From the NCBI GenBank assembly GCA_905479915.1, contig CAJQOH010000003.1, forward strand, positions 56,546 through 120,545: 64,000 nucleotides of DNA, in the 5' to 3' direction. Positions 1 to 9,359 of the stretch are shown piece after piece. The notes under the pieces were generated by a model, which saw nothing but the letters and a program-made list of their open reading frames with translations, was not told where the DNA came from and searched no databases. This stretch comes from an uncultured Flavobacteriales bacterium. GTDB taxonomy: Bacteria > Bacteroidota > Bacteroidia > Flavobacteriales_E > Vicingaceae. Each line of letters starts with the position of its first letter. The stretch's first letter is position 1. The translations under genes and the position numbers were made by a program.

Positions 1-695
1 GAGATATAATATATTTTGCAAGTGATAGAGAAGGTGGTTTTGGAGGTGTAGATATTTATAGCTCAAGATTGTTGCCTAATGGTAAGTGGGGACCTCCACA
101 AAATTTAGGACCTAATGTAAATACAAAATATGATGAAGATTTTCCAAATATAACTTCTGATAATCAAACACTTTACTTTAGTTCTAAAGGACATACAAGT
201 ATGGGGGGGTATGATATTTTTAAAGCTACTTGGAATTCTGTAAAACGAAATTGGGGGGATTTAAAAAATATTGGATATCCTTTAAATACACCTGAAGATA
301 ATATGAACTTTAGAGCATCTAAAACGGGTAGGACAGGTTATATATCTGCTCTAAGAGCTAAAGGTTATGGAGATTTAGATGTTTATAGTGTAACGTTTAA
401 TGAGGTTGACCCAATGTATACAGTTTTGAAAGGGTATGTAAATACTGTAGACTCATCTCAAATTAAAGATGTATTTATTTCTGTATTGGATTTACAAACA
501 GATGAACTTTATGGGAGTTACATGACCAACCCTATTACAGGAAGATATATTATTATTTTGCCTCCAGGTAATTTTAATGTTTTAGTAGAGGTGCCTGGTT
601 TTGAGATGTATTCAGAAAATGTAGAGATCTACGGTAAAAGCTCTTTTAGAAGTGTCATAAAAAAGGATTACACGTTAAAACCTAGTGGTCAGTAG
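1..695 (+). CDS. TolB-like PD40 beta-propeller repeat protein with a C-terminal carboxypeptidase-regulatory-like beta-sandwich. It is 5'-truncated by the window edge.
   Basis: The frame of the 69..695 ORF stays open back to nt 3 (..DIIYFASDREGGFGGVDIYSSRLLPNGKW..). The repeated 'LYFSS..GGYDIF' pattern is typical of PD40/TolB-like repeats. The tail 'LKGYV...GRYIIILPPGNFNVLVEVPGF' resembles a CarboxypepD_reg fold. Confidence 0.6.
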   Translation, partial: DIIYFASDREGGFGGVDIYSSRLLPNGKWGPPQNLGPNVNTKYDEDFPNITSDNQTLYFSSKGHTSMGGYDIFKATWNSVKRNWGDLKNIGYPLNTPEDNMNFRASKTGRTGYISALRAKGYGDLDVYSVTFNEVDPMYTVLKGYVNTVDSSQIKDVFISVLDLQTDELYGSYMTNPITGRYIIILPPGNFNVLVEVPGFEMYSENVEIYGKSSFRSVIKKDYTLKPSGQ

Positions 696-2019
696 ATAGG
701 ATTATATCCTTGTCAATTCCGAGTCCTTTTTTCAAATGCATATTTTTATAATTACCAACATCAGTAGTAATTTCCGCACTATAAATATATCCTGATTCAG
801 GGAGAGGTTTAACTTTTATTGGATCACTTTTGGTATGTAGAATGTGTTCAATTCTTTCATCTATACTTTGAGCATATTGATAGTGAACCTTAGCATGGTA
901 AAGGTTAAAGATGACCAGTCCAACTATATTTAAACTTACAACTAACCCTAATTTGTTGTATTTTTCTTTATGATGATTGCCCAATAAAAATAAGTAGCGA
1001 ATAATAAGAATAGCAATGAGTATAGATGATGCAATACTAGATCTATCTGGAGATAAACCACCTAAAGCATAAACCACTATTAATTGATTAAATACTACAG
1101 TTCCAATAATTATTAATGTACTGTAAATAAGTTCCTTAATAGGGTTGAATAAGGTGAGGGTGTTATCAACTTTTTTCCCTAAAAGATAAAACGGGAAAGC
1201 TATAAAAAGAGCAGGTATAAAGGTTTTATGTATAGAAAAGAAAAAGAATTTCACACAACTATAACCTGTATAAAGTATTAAGTCAATAAATGCTAAGTTG
1301 GGGGTTATAGTATCTCTATTTAGTGTTCCAGGGCTAAAGTAATTAATTGAAAAAGAAGTAGAAATCAAAACTAATCCAACAATTGAGATGGTCTTTTTTT
1401 TCTTTTTTAAAAGTAAAAAGAGTAATGATAAAATGATTAGAAGAGTTAACGGTTCATTAGAACCTCCAATATAAATTACACTTACACCTAAAACGATGTA
1501 ATTTAACCAATTTACTTTTTTAAGAAAGAAAATACTTAGTCCGTAGATGAAGGCCATTGTACTCCATAAATAAACAATGCTAGAAGTGTACCAGACCCAA
1601 GTATCGTTTGCAGAAATGGTGCAAAAAAATAAAACAGATAAAGAAACAATACTATATGTTAAAATCGATTTTTTGGTAAAATTTAAGGTATAACAATTAT
1701 TTATTGATTTTAAGAGTTTGGTAATGCCTAAGTAAATTAACCCCACAGTAACTATGTTGTATAGCATTAAAAAGAAAGGAACTTTATAAAATTGAATAAA
1801 GAATGCAAGAAGAAAATTAGAAGTCCACCTTCCATGCCACTTGAAATACAAATCGTTATATATCTGAGTAAAAGATTTTGAATTTACTTCTCCAATAAAG
1901 TAATAATCATCAACGGCAAAACGGTTAAAGAAGAAAGTGATTAGAAGAAATACTAAAAATAGTAAGGCTTGAAGCAATACTAAATTGTTGATTTTATCTT
2001 TTGAAAAATTGAGATTCAT
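682..2019 (-). CDS. Polytopic inner-membrane protein of unknown function, about 10 or more TM helices.
   Basis: 445-aa ORF that is almost entirely hydrophobic helices separated by short loops. I recognise no catalytic motif. Its 3' end overlaps the convergent upstream gene by 14 nt. Confidence 0.55.
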   Translation of the reverse strand: MNLNFSKDKINNLVLLQALLFLVFLLITFFFNRFAVDDYYFIGEVNSKSFTQIYNDLYFKWHGRWTSNFLLAFFIQFYKVPFFLMLYNIVTVGLIYLGITKLLKSINNCYTLNFTKKSILTYSIVSLSVLFFCTISANDTWVWYTSSIVYLWSTMAFIYGLSIFFLKKVNWLNYIVLGVSVIYIGGSNEPLTLLIILSLLFLLLKKKKKTISIVGLVLISTSFSINYFSPGTLNRDTITPNLAFIDLILYTGYSCVKFFFFSIHKTFIPALFIAFPFYLLGKKVDNTLTLFNPIKELIYSTLIIIGTVVFNQLIVVYALGGLSPDRSSIASSILIAILIIRYLFLLGNHHKEKYNKLGLVVSLNIVGLVIFNLYHAKVHYQYAQSIDERIEHILHTKSDPIKVKPLPESGYIYSAEITTDVGNYKNMHLKKGLGIDKDIILSTDH

Positions 2020-2110
2020 AATTTGTAAAGCAAGTTATAAAACATTATTAACAACACTTGAATAAACTTTCTTTTTCTGCGAATTTTACTGTTCTATAAA
2101 AGAACATTTT

Positions 2111-2935
2111 ATGCAACAGTATTTAGATTTATTAGATCATATTTTAGCAAAAGGAACTCAAAAAGGTGATAGAACAGGAACAGGTACTATCAGTTGTTTT
2201 GGTTACCAAATGCGTTTTGATTTGAGTGAAGGTTTCCCTTGTTTAACAACAAAGAAATTACATTTAAAATCAATCATCCATGAGTTGTTATGGTTCATTA
2301 ATGGTGATACTAATGTTAAATATTTGCAAGAGAATGGCGTTAAGATTTGGGACGGTTGGGCTAATGATGAAGGAGAGTTAGGTCCGGTATATGGTTACCA
2401 GTGGCGTAATTGGAATGGAGATGGAGTAGATCAAATTACGAACTTAATTAATGAAATAAAAACAAATCCAAACAGTAGAAGATTACTGGTTTCTGCATGG
2501 AACCCAAGTGTTATGCCTGATACAACAGTTTCATTTGAAGAAAATGTTGCAAATGGAAAAGCTGCCCTTCCTCCATGCCATGCTTTTTTTCAATTTTATG
2601 TATTGGATGGTAAATTATCTTGTCAATTGTACCAGCGTAGTGCAGATACATTTTTAGGAGTTCCTTTTAATATTGCTTCTTATGCTTTATTTACGATGAT
2701 GGTTGCTCAAGTTTGTGACTTAGAATATGGAGACTTTATCCATTCTTTTGGTGATGTACATTTATATAATAATCATATAGAACAAGCTAAACTTCAGTTA
2801 ACAAGAGAACCAAAAAGATTACCAAAAATGAAAATAAATCCTGATGTAAAAAGTATTTTCGACTTTAAATTTGAGGATTTTGAATTGGTAGACTATGAGC
2901 CACATGCTCATATTAAAGCAGCAGTTTCATTATAA
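2111..2935 (+). CDS. thyA: Thymidylate synthase
   Basis: Full-length match to the ThyA pattern: [21 protein letters not shown], the active-site 'LPPCH' and '[15 protein letters not shown]'. Canonical 274 aa. Confidence 0.97.
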   Translation: MQQYLDLLDHILAKGTQKGDRTGTGTISCFGYQMRFDLSEGFPCLTTKKLHLKSIIHELLWFINGDTNVKYLQENGVKIWDGWANDEGELGPVYGYQWRNWNGDGVDQITNLINEIKTNPNSRRLLVSAWNPSVMPDTTVSFEENVANGKAALPPCHAFFQFYVLDGKLSCQLYQRSADTFLGVPFNIASYALFTMMVAQVCDLEYGDFIHSFGDVHLYNNHIEQAKLQLTREPKRLPKMKINPDVKSIFDFKFEDFELVDYEPHAHIKAAVSL

Positions 2936-2974
2936 TGAATTACTCGTTGAGTGGTGTCGAAATGCACAATTGAA

Positions 2975-3424
2975 ATGCAAGAACTAAACCTCCCTCGATA
3001 TCCAATTAAAATTAAAGAAGAGAAAGGGGGAAAGTATATTTTTGACCCTATTCGAAAAAAGTATTTGGTTTTACAACCAGAAGAGTGGGTGAGACAAAAC
3101 TTTATTCAGTTTTTAATTAAAGAAAAGAATTACCCTGAAAGTTTAATTGCAATTGAAAAGGGATTGAAATTAAACGAACTTCAAAAAAGAGCTGATATTG
3201 TTATTTACGACAATCAAGCTAAACCAATTGTTTTAATAGAGTGTAAAGCTCCAAAAGTTAAAATTAATCAAGAAGTATTCGAGCAAGTTGCACGATACAA
3301 TGTCGTATTTAAGGTCCCTTATTTATTGGTTACAAATGGACTTGACCACTATTGTTCAAAAGTAAATTTTGATGACAATGATTTTGAGTTTTTACAAGAG
3401 TTGCCTGTTTATAAAGATTTATAA
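2975..3424 (+). CDS. Stand-alone HsdR_N-like (type I restriction enzyme R N-terminal, PD-(D/E)xK-like) domain protein
   Basis: The 'RADIVIYDNQAKPIVLIECKAP' core (D..E.K) is typical of the small HSDR_N_2 family common in Bacteroidota. The ATG at 2975 is preferred over the GTG at 2951. Confidence 0.65.
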   Translation: MQELNLPRYPIKIKEEKGGKYIFDPIRKKYLVLQPEEWVRQNFIQFLIKEKNYPESLIAIEKGLKLNELQKRADIVIYDNQAKPIVLIECKAPKVKINQEVFEQVARYNVVFKVPYLLVTNGLDHYCSKVNFDDNDFEFLQELPVYKDL

Positions 3425-3512
3425 TTAATTATCTTATTGGAGGTTTTGGAAACCTTCATTTGCCGTATTTACGTATAAATACTATTTTAAATAGTTTCCT
3501 TAATTTTATCTT

Positions 3513-6053
3513 ATGAGAAATGTATTGTTAGGTTTATTATTGGTTTGTTTTTCAGGAGTTTACTCGCAACATGCTAAAGTTAATATAGCGTTAAAACAAG
3601 CTCTTAAAAAAGAGGTAAATCAGGATAAATTATTCCCTTTATTTGTTTTAGGAAATGCTTCTAAGATAAGAAGTGAAGTGTTAAAATTAAAGGGAGAGGT
3701 AGTAAGATCAGTGCAAAGTGTTGTTCAGGTAAAGCTTCCTGTTGGGGTTATTGAAGAGTTTTCTAAAAATGAATTTGTAGAAAGTATTCCCTATTCTTTT
3801 GCTAAAGGTGAAGTTTTAGCAGATACAATGCTTATCCATAATAATGTTACACCTGTGCATAGCGGTATTTCTCCTTTGTTGCAAAGTTATACAGGTAAAA
3901 ACGTAGTCTTTGGAGTTATTGATACAGGACAGGATATTGTTCACCCAGATTTTAAAGATACTTTAGGTAATACTAGGATTTATAGAATATGGGATCAGGT
4001 AACTGGTGAGTATTGGGATTCAACAGCAATAAATAATGGTAGTTGTACACATGTTGATCATGCTACTTATACTGGCCATGGAACTCAAGTTGCAGGTATA
4101 GGTGCAGGAAATGGATTGGCTTTAAATAAGTTTGATGGAGTTGCAGGAGAATCAACAATTGTTGCTGTAGCAAGTGATTTTAGTTCTCCTAATTGGCTTT
4201 TAACAGTTGTTGATGCCGTTGATTATATCTATTCTGTAGCAGATTCTTTAAATATGCCTTGTGTAATTAACATTAGTGCAGGATCTTATTTTGGTTCACA
4301 TGATGGAACTGATCCGGCAGCATTATTGATTGATAGTATTGTTAATCATAAACCTGGAAGAGCGTTGGTTTGTGCAGCAGGAAATGCTGGATCTTTTAAT
4401 TGGCATGTGGAACAAACTGTAACAAGTGACACTTCTTTTTCATGGTTAAAATATAACCCATCTTCCGGGTTTGGATTTGGTTCTGTATATTATGAGGTTT
4501 GGTCTGATACTGCAGATTTTAATAATGTTGATTATGCCTTTGGAGCTAATTTACCTTCAGGAACTTTTGAGGAAAAGGGTAGAACACCTTTTTTTAATAT
4601 TCAAAGTAGATTAGGAAATTATACCGATACGATATGGGATGGAGCGACTGTTTTAGCTATTGTAGAAACCTATGGAGAACTACAAGATGATAAATATTTA
4701 TTAGAGGTGATGTTGAATGAACCCGATTCAAATACATACAACTTTAGTTTTCTTAGTACAGGTTCAGGTAAATTTGATTTTTGGTCTACAACTAAGTTAG
4801 CAACATCTGATATTGTTGAAACAGGATTGCCAACAGCAGCACAATATCCACCAATAGTGCACTATACCTTACCTGATTCGTTTAAAACAACGGTAAGTAG
4901 TTTTACATGTTTACCATCAGTTTTAACTGTAGCTAATTTTGTTAATCGAGCAACTTATATTGATATGGATACGCAACTTGTTGTTTTAACAAGTGTTCCT
5001 GGAGAATTAGCAAGTTCATCCAGTAAAGGCCCTGATAGAAGAGGGAATATAAAACCTGATATTGGTGCAACAGGAAATAGTGTTCTTGCCGCAAATCCAG
5101 CAACTGTAATAGCTTTAAATGCTGCAGCAGGACCTGGAAATAGAGCGAAAATAGCATTGGGTTCTATGCATCGAAGAAATGGAGGGACTTCTATGGCTTC
5201 TCCTGTTGTAGCAGGAGTTGCAGCTTTATATTTAGAAAAATGTCCAACAGCTACTATGGCTGAAATTAAAGCTGCAATACAAGGGACCGCCAAGCAAGAT
5301 ATACAAACAGGTGTTGTTCCTAATTTTGGATTTGGACATGGAAAAGTAGATGCTTTTGCAGCGTTGAATAATTCTAATTTTGCAGTTACTCTTGGTTCAG
5401 ATCAGAATGTATGCGATGGAGATAGTGTTCAGATCACCTCGCCTTCGTATTCTTCTTACGATTGGTCTACAGGAGCTGTTAGCCAGAGCATTTATGTGGA
5501 TACAACAGAAAGTTTATATGTAACAGTTACCAATGCAAGTGGGTGTAAATCAATTTCTGATACAGTAGATGTTATTTGGCGTCCACTACCATTAAAACCT
5601 ACTGTTGTATTAATGGGTAATGATTCATTAGTGCATGCCACTAATTTAGATGTTCAGTGGTATTATAATTCGGGCATATTGAGTGGCGAAACAGACACTT
5701 TACATATTGCTCAAAATAGTGGAGATTACTTTGTTGAGGTTACTGATAGTTTTGGATGTAAAAATATTTCTGATACAATTAATTTTATTGCTTTAGGGAT
5801 TGATAATGTAGAAAATGATTTATTTTCAATTTATCCAAATCCAACTTCAGGGAATCTGACTATTCAATTTAATGATCAATCTATAGAATCTGTTTCTATG
5901 GTTAATCTTCTTGGAGAAGAAGTATTGAAAAATAAGATTAGAAAATTGAATAAAGTTACATTAGATATTAGTCAATTTTCTGATGGGGTCTATTATATTC
6001 GTTTGAATTCTAAAGACAATAAATACATTAGAAAGTTATTGCTGTTGCGTTAA
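3513..6053 (+). CDS. Secreted S8 (subtilisin-family) serine peptidase with a T9SS C-terminal sorting domain
   Basis: Signal peptide present. Catalytic triad context is VIDTG (Asp), HGT (His) and GTSMASPVVAG (Ser). Cys-containing Ig-like repeats follow. The C terminus 'FSIYPNPTSGNLTIQF...GVYYIRL' is T9SS CTD-like. Confidence 0.9.
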   Translation: MRNVLLGLLLVCFSGVYSQHAKVNIALKQALKKEVNQDKLFPLFVLGNASKIRSEVLKLKGEVVRSVQSVVQVKLPVGVIEEFSKNEFVESIPYSFAKGEVLADTMLIHNNVTPVHSGISPLLQSYTGKNVVFGVIDTGQDIVHPDFKDTLGNTRIYRIWDQVTGEYWDSTAINNGSCTHVDHATYTGHGTQVAGIGAGNGLALNKFDGVAGESTIVAVASDFSSPNWLLTVVDAVDYIYSVADSLNMPCVINISAGSYFGSHDGTDPAALLIDSIVNHKPGRALVCAAGNAGSFNWHVEQTVTSDTSFSWLKYNPSSGFGFGSVYYEVWSDTADFNNVDYAFGANLPSGTFEEKGRTPFFNIQSRLGNYTDTIWDGATVLAIVETYGELQDDKYLLEVMLNEPDSNTYNFSFLSTGSGKFDFWSTTKLATSDIVETGLPTAAQYPPIVHYTLPDSFKTTVSSFTCLPSVLTVANFVNRATYIDMDTQLVVLTSVPGELASSSSKGPDRRGNIKPDIGATGNSVLAANPATVIALNAAAGPGNRAKIALGSMHRRNGGTSMASPVVAGVAALYLEKCPTATMAEIKAAIQGTAKQDIQTGVVPNFGFGHGKVDAFAALNNSNFAVTLGSDQNVCDGDSVQITSPSYSSYDWSTGAVSQSIYVDTTESLYVTVTNASGCKSISDTVDVIWRPLPLKPTVVLMGNDSLVHATNLDVQWYYNSGILSGETDTLHIAQNSGDYFVEVTDSFGCKNISDTINFIALGIDNVENDLFSIYPNPTSGNLTIQFNDQSIESVSMVNLLGEEVLKNKIRKLNKVTLDISQFSDGVYYIRLNSKDNKYIRKLLLLR

Positions 6054-6076
6054 TGGAGAGTAAGCTGTTGGGCTAA

Positions 6077-6868
6077 CTATTTTTCTTTTTTCCTATACAA
6101 TAGCTTTAATTCATCTTTACTGTTGTCATAATCAAAAACTGGGTAGAGCTTTTCATAATTATCAATATCAAAAGCATAAGGTCTTATAAATTGAATAAAG
6201 TCTAATCGAGTTTCTTCGTATTCAAACAATAGTGTTAACTCTTTGATTTGATCAATTAAAACGCATGCAGAATCCATTTCTTGGATTGTTATTTTTGCTT
6301 TTTCCAATTTACTTTCTTCTAACGTTTCAGCGAGAATAAACCCTCTTAACTTAGATGCTTCCTCTATCTTTAAGGGGAATGGGCAACCAATTCTACCGTT
6401 ATAATCTTCTAATTTATAATAGCTATCAAAAGGGACAACATAAGCTGTGTCTTTGGCTTTAACACTGTCTTTTTTATTCACTTCACTAATCAAAGAAGAA
6501 TTTTCGATATAGGCAATTGTCAGTTGGTTATCTGGATTTAAATAGGATGAAGTAGGGATTACTTTTTTTAATTGAATTGCTTCTTTAGTTACCTCATAAA
6601 TGTGTGTTAAACCTTGATCAATTAAATGGATATTTTTTTGTGTGAAAACCGTATCGTTTTCAAAGCTAATTTTGATGTTGTAAGCTTTTTCAGCAGGTAG
6701 TTTATAAATAGCAACATTGTTATTGTAGTTGCTGTGCTGTGCGATGTAATTAACAGATACTTGAAAAGAGTGATCGCTTTTAAATATAGCGGATGCAGTT
6801 TGACAATAGGCAGAAACTGGAATTAGAAGTACTAATATATATCCAAGTATTATTTTGTAATAAGCCAT
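6077..6868 (-). CDS. Secreted DUF4476-like protein
   Basis: The signal peptide MAYYKIILGYILVLLIPVSAYCQ starts from the ATG at 6868. The C-terminal 'LLFEYEETRLDFIQFIRPYAFDIDNYEKLYPVFDYDNSKDEL' fits the DUF4476 pattern. The longer 6913 start would overlap the upstream gene. Confidence 0.55.
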   Translation of the reverse strand: MAYYKIILGYILVLLIPVSAYCQTASAIFKSDHSFQVSVNYIAQHSNYNNNVAIYKLPAEKAYNIKISFENDTVFTQKNIHLIDQGLTHIYEVTKEAIQLKKVIPTSSYLNPDNQLTIAYIENSSLISEVNKKDSVKAKDTAYVVPFDSYYKLEDYNGRIGCPFPLKIEEASKLRGFILAETLEESKLEKAKITIQEMDSACVLIDQIKELTLLFEYEETRLDFIQFIRPYAFDIDNYEKLYPVFDYDNSKDELKLLYRKKEK

Positions 6869-6878
6869 CAACGGTTTA

Positions 6879-7721
6879 CTATTTTTCAAACATTTCATTA
6901 AAACTAAAGGCATCCTTTAAACGAACTCCTTTCTCAGTATGTTGTACAGTACAACATTCATTTACAGAATCATGTTCAAAAAACAGGATGTAATTATTGT
7001 CTGCAGCTTCTTTTAAAAATTTTCCTTTTTCATCCATAGTTAACAATGGGCGCGTGTCATACCCCATAACATATGGTAGAGGTAAATGACCTACTGAAGG
7101 TAGTAAGTCAGCCATAAAAACGAGTTTCTTCCCTTGGTAGTTGATGTGAGGAATCATTTGAGCATCTGTATGACCATTAACCATTAGAATGTCAAAATAA
7201 TCAAACCCTTCTTTATCAATAAACTTAAGTTGTCCGAACTCTTGCATTGGTAAAATATTTTCTTTCAAAAATGAAGCTTTTTCTCGTTGGTTAGGAACTG
7301 TAGCCCATTCCCAGTGTTGACTGTTGCTCCAGTAAATCGCATTTTTAAAAGTAGGTTCAAACTTAGTTCTATCTCTATTCCATTTAACACCTCCACCACA
7401 ATGATCAAAATGCAAGTGAGTTAAAAACACATCAGTAATGTCATCGGCTGTAAAACCTAGTTTGTTGAGGTTTCCTTCTAAACTATCATCACCATGTAAA
7501 TAATAGTACCCAAAAAACTTATCAGGTTGTTTATCTCCCATACCATTATCAATAATCATTAAACGATCTCCATCTTCAATTAACATGCTTCTTAAAGCCC
7601 AGCTGCACATGTTATTGCTATCAGCAGGATTGGTTTTTTGCCATAAAGATTTAGGAACAACGCCAAACATAGCACCTCCATCTAATTTAAAATTACCTGT
7701 GTTTAAAGGATATATTTTCAT
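6879..7721 (-). CDS. MBL-fold metallo-hydrolase
   Basis: 'THLHFDHCGG' is the HxHxDH zinc motif. Downstream His/Asp ligands are present. 280 aa. Confidence 0.85.
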   Translation of the reverse strand: MKIYPLNTGNFKLDGGAMFGVVPKSLWQKTNPADSNNMCSWALRSMLIEDGDRLMIIDNGMGDKQPDKFFGYYYLHGDDSLEGNLNKLGFTADDITDVFLTHLHFDHCGGGVKWNRDRTKFEPTFKNAIYWSNSQHWEWATVPNQREKASFLKENILPMQEFGQLKFIDKEGFDYFDILMVNGHTDAQMIPHINYQGKKLVFMADLLPSVGHLPLPYVMGYDTRPLLTMDEKGKFLKEAADNNYILFFEHDSVNECCTVQHTEKGVRLKDAFSFNEMFEK

Positions 7722-7822
7722 CTTCTAGATTTATTAATTGAGCCCACAAGTTACCATTTTGAAGTAACATTTACTTGTTGAAAATTGAATTTTTACGAAG
7801 TAATTTAAATAAGGACTCTGAC

Positions 7823-7830
7823 TAAATTTG
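7823..7830 (+). promoter_or_regulatory. Candidate Bacteroidota -7 promoter box (TAAATTTG = TAnnTTTG), 5 nt upstream of the mpl ATG
   Basis: Exact match to the TAnnTTTG consensus, at the head of a transcription unit divergent from the MBL gene. Confidence 0.35.
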
Positions 7831-7835
7831 AAAGC

Positions 7836-9194
7836 ATGAGAGTACACTTTATAGCAATAGGAGGAAGTGCGATGCATAATTTAGCCATCGCTTTACATAA
7901 AAAAGGATTTAACGTTACAGGTTCTGATGATGAAATATTTGAGCCTAGTAAAAGTAGAATTGCAGAGCACGGTTTGTTGCCAGATAAATTTGGTTGGGAT
8001 GAGTCTAGAATTACAACTGATTTGGATGCTGTAATTTTAGGGATGCATGCTCGGATTGATAACCCTGAATTGATTAAAGCACAAAAGCTTGGGATAAAAG
8101 TGTACTCATATCCAGAATACATCTATGAACAGTCAAAAGATAAAATAAGAGTAGTAATCGGAGGGAGTCACGGAAAAACGTCTATCACTTCAATGGTATT
8201 GCATGTGTTAGGAAAACGCAATAAGAAATTTGATTATATGGTTGGAGCTCAATTAGAAGGTTTCGATACTATGGTTCAAATTACTGATGCTAAGATTATT
8301 ATTTTAGAAGGAGATGAATACCTTTCTTCACCAATTGATAGAAGACCTAAGTTTCATTTGTATCACCCAAACATTGCTTTAATAAGTGGTATAGCTTGGG
8401 ATCATATCAATGTATTTCCAACTTTTGAAAATTATGTTGAGCAGTTTTCTGAATTTATCAAGATGATAGAAAAAGATGGAAAACTTATTTATTGTAAGGC
8501 AGATTCTGAGGTGAATAAAATTGCGCTAACTACTTCTAATCCTGATATTGATCGAATAGGTTATCAAACACCAGAAAATGTGATTAACAATGGAGTTACT
8601 TCTATTTTGGTAGAAGGAAATGAAATCCCATTAGAAATCTTTGGAGATCATAACTTACAAAATTTGAATGGAGCTCGTTTAATTTGTAATGAGCTAAAGA
8701 TTAATGACAATCAGTTTTATGAAGCCATTCAAGATTTTAAGGGAGCTTCTAAGAGGTTAGAGTTGATTGCTAAAAATGATTCAACAGCTATTTATAAAGA
8801 TTTTGCCCATTCTCCATCTAAATTAAAAGCAACAACACAAGCTGTTAAAAATCAATACCCTGATAGAAAATTAATAGCCTGCATGGAGTTGCATACCTTT
8901 AGCAGCTTAAATAAAGAGTTTCTACAAGAGTATAAAGATAGTATGAGTACTGCTGATGAGGCTTATGTGTATTATAGCAACCATACTATTGAACATAAAA
9001 AGTTAGAAGCAATTACTCCGGAAGAGGTAAAGGCAGCGTTTGGTTCTGAAAATGTTACTATTTACAATGATTCTGATGAACTATTTGGAATGCTTAAAGC
9101 CAAAGAATGGAATCAAAGTGTACTACTCTTAATGAGTTCTGGAAATTTTGATGGTAAAAACTTGAATGAGTTTGGTGAGAGACTTATTAAATAG
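7836..9194 (+). CDS. mpl: UDP-N-acetylmuramate:L-alanyl-gamma-D-glutamyl-meso-diaminopimelate ligase (murein peptide ligase)
   Basis: The N terminus MRVHFIAIGGSAMHNLAIAL..GFNVTGSD is Mpl/MurC-like. The Mur ligase P-loop 'GGSHGKTS' is present. 452 aa. Confidence 0.85.
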   Translation: MRVHFIAIGGSAMHNLAIALHKKGFNVTGSDDEIFEPSKSRIAEHGLLPDKFGWDESRITTDLDAVILGMHARIDNPELIKAQKLGIKVYSYPEYIYEQSKDKIRVVIGGSHGKTSITSMVLHVLGKRNKKFDYMVGAQLEGFDTMVQITDAKIIILEGDEYLSSPIDRRPKFHLYHPNIALISGIAWDHINVFPTFENYVEQFSEFIKMIEKDGKLIYCKADSEVNKIALTTSNPDIDRIGYQTPENVINNGVTSILVEGNEIPLEIFGDHNLQNLNGARLICNELKINDNQFYEAIQDFKGASKRLELIAKNDSTAIYKDFAHSPSKLKATTQAVKNQYPDRKLIACMELHTFSSLNKEFLQEYKDSMSTADEAYVYYSNHTIEHKKLEAITPEEVKAAFGSENVTIYNDSDELFGMLKAKEWNQSVLLLMSSGNFDGKNLNEFGERLIK

Positions 9195-9200
9195 GGCTAG

Positions 9201-9353
9201 GTGAAAGGGGCTAATAAATTTCTAACATCAGGAGCTTTTTATAAGAAAAATAGTGGTGGTATTTTAGGTGGAGACCCAAATGGGGGATGTGGTGGTTTTT
9301 TAATAATAATTGGAGTAGTAGTCTTATTATTTTTATTGATGGTCTTTCTTTGA
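9201..9353 (+). CDS. Possible 50-aa tail-anchored small membrane protein. It is below the ORF-track size cut-off.
   Basis: A GTG-started ORF read by hand: VKGANKFLTSGAFYKKNSGGILGGDPNGGCGGFLIIIGVVVLLFLLMVFL*. A Gly-rich segment is followed by one strong TM helix. No homology is recognised. Confidence 0.2.
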   Translation: MKGANKFLTSGAFYKKNSGGILGGDPNGGCGGFLIIIGVVVLLFLLMVFL

Positions 9354-9359
9354 TAAACC

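Noticed and set aside
2951-3424. Considered the HsdR_N-domain ORF as evidence of a type I restriction-modification system.
   Set aside because: No methylase, specificity subunit or helicase-domain R subunit is nearby. The protein is a stand-alone small domain.
3425-3512. Weak hairpin ggaggttt-tgg-aaaccttc after the HsdR_N-like gene, considered as a terminator.
   Set aside because: There are only about 6 contiguous base pairs with mismatches, and no T-tract. This is insufficient support.
4942-5293. Two minus-strand ORFs (4942..5157 and 4955..5293) inside the S8 peptidase gene.
   Set aside because: Both are antisense to a strongly supported CDS that has catalytic motifs in the same interval. 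They have no start context or recognisable motifs. They look like typical shadow ORFs.
6793-8122. ORFs 6793..6993 (+) and 7805..8122 (-).
   Set aside because: They overlap the DUF4476-like/MBL genes and mpl respectively on the opposite strand. They have no motifs and are likely shadow ORFs.
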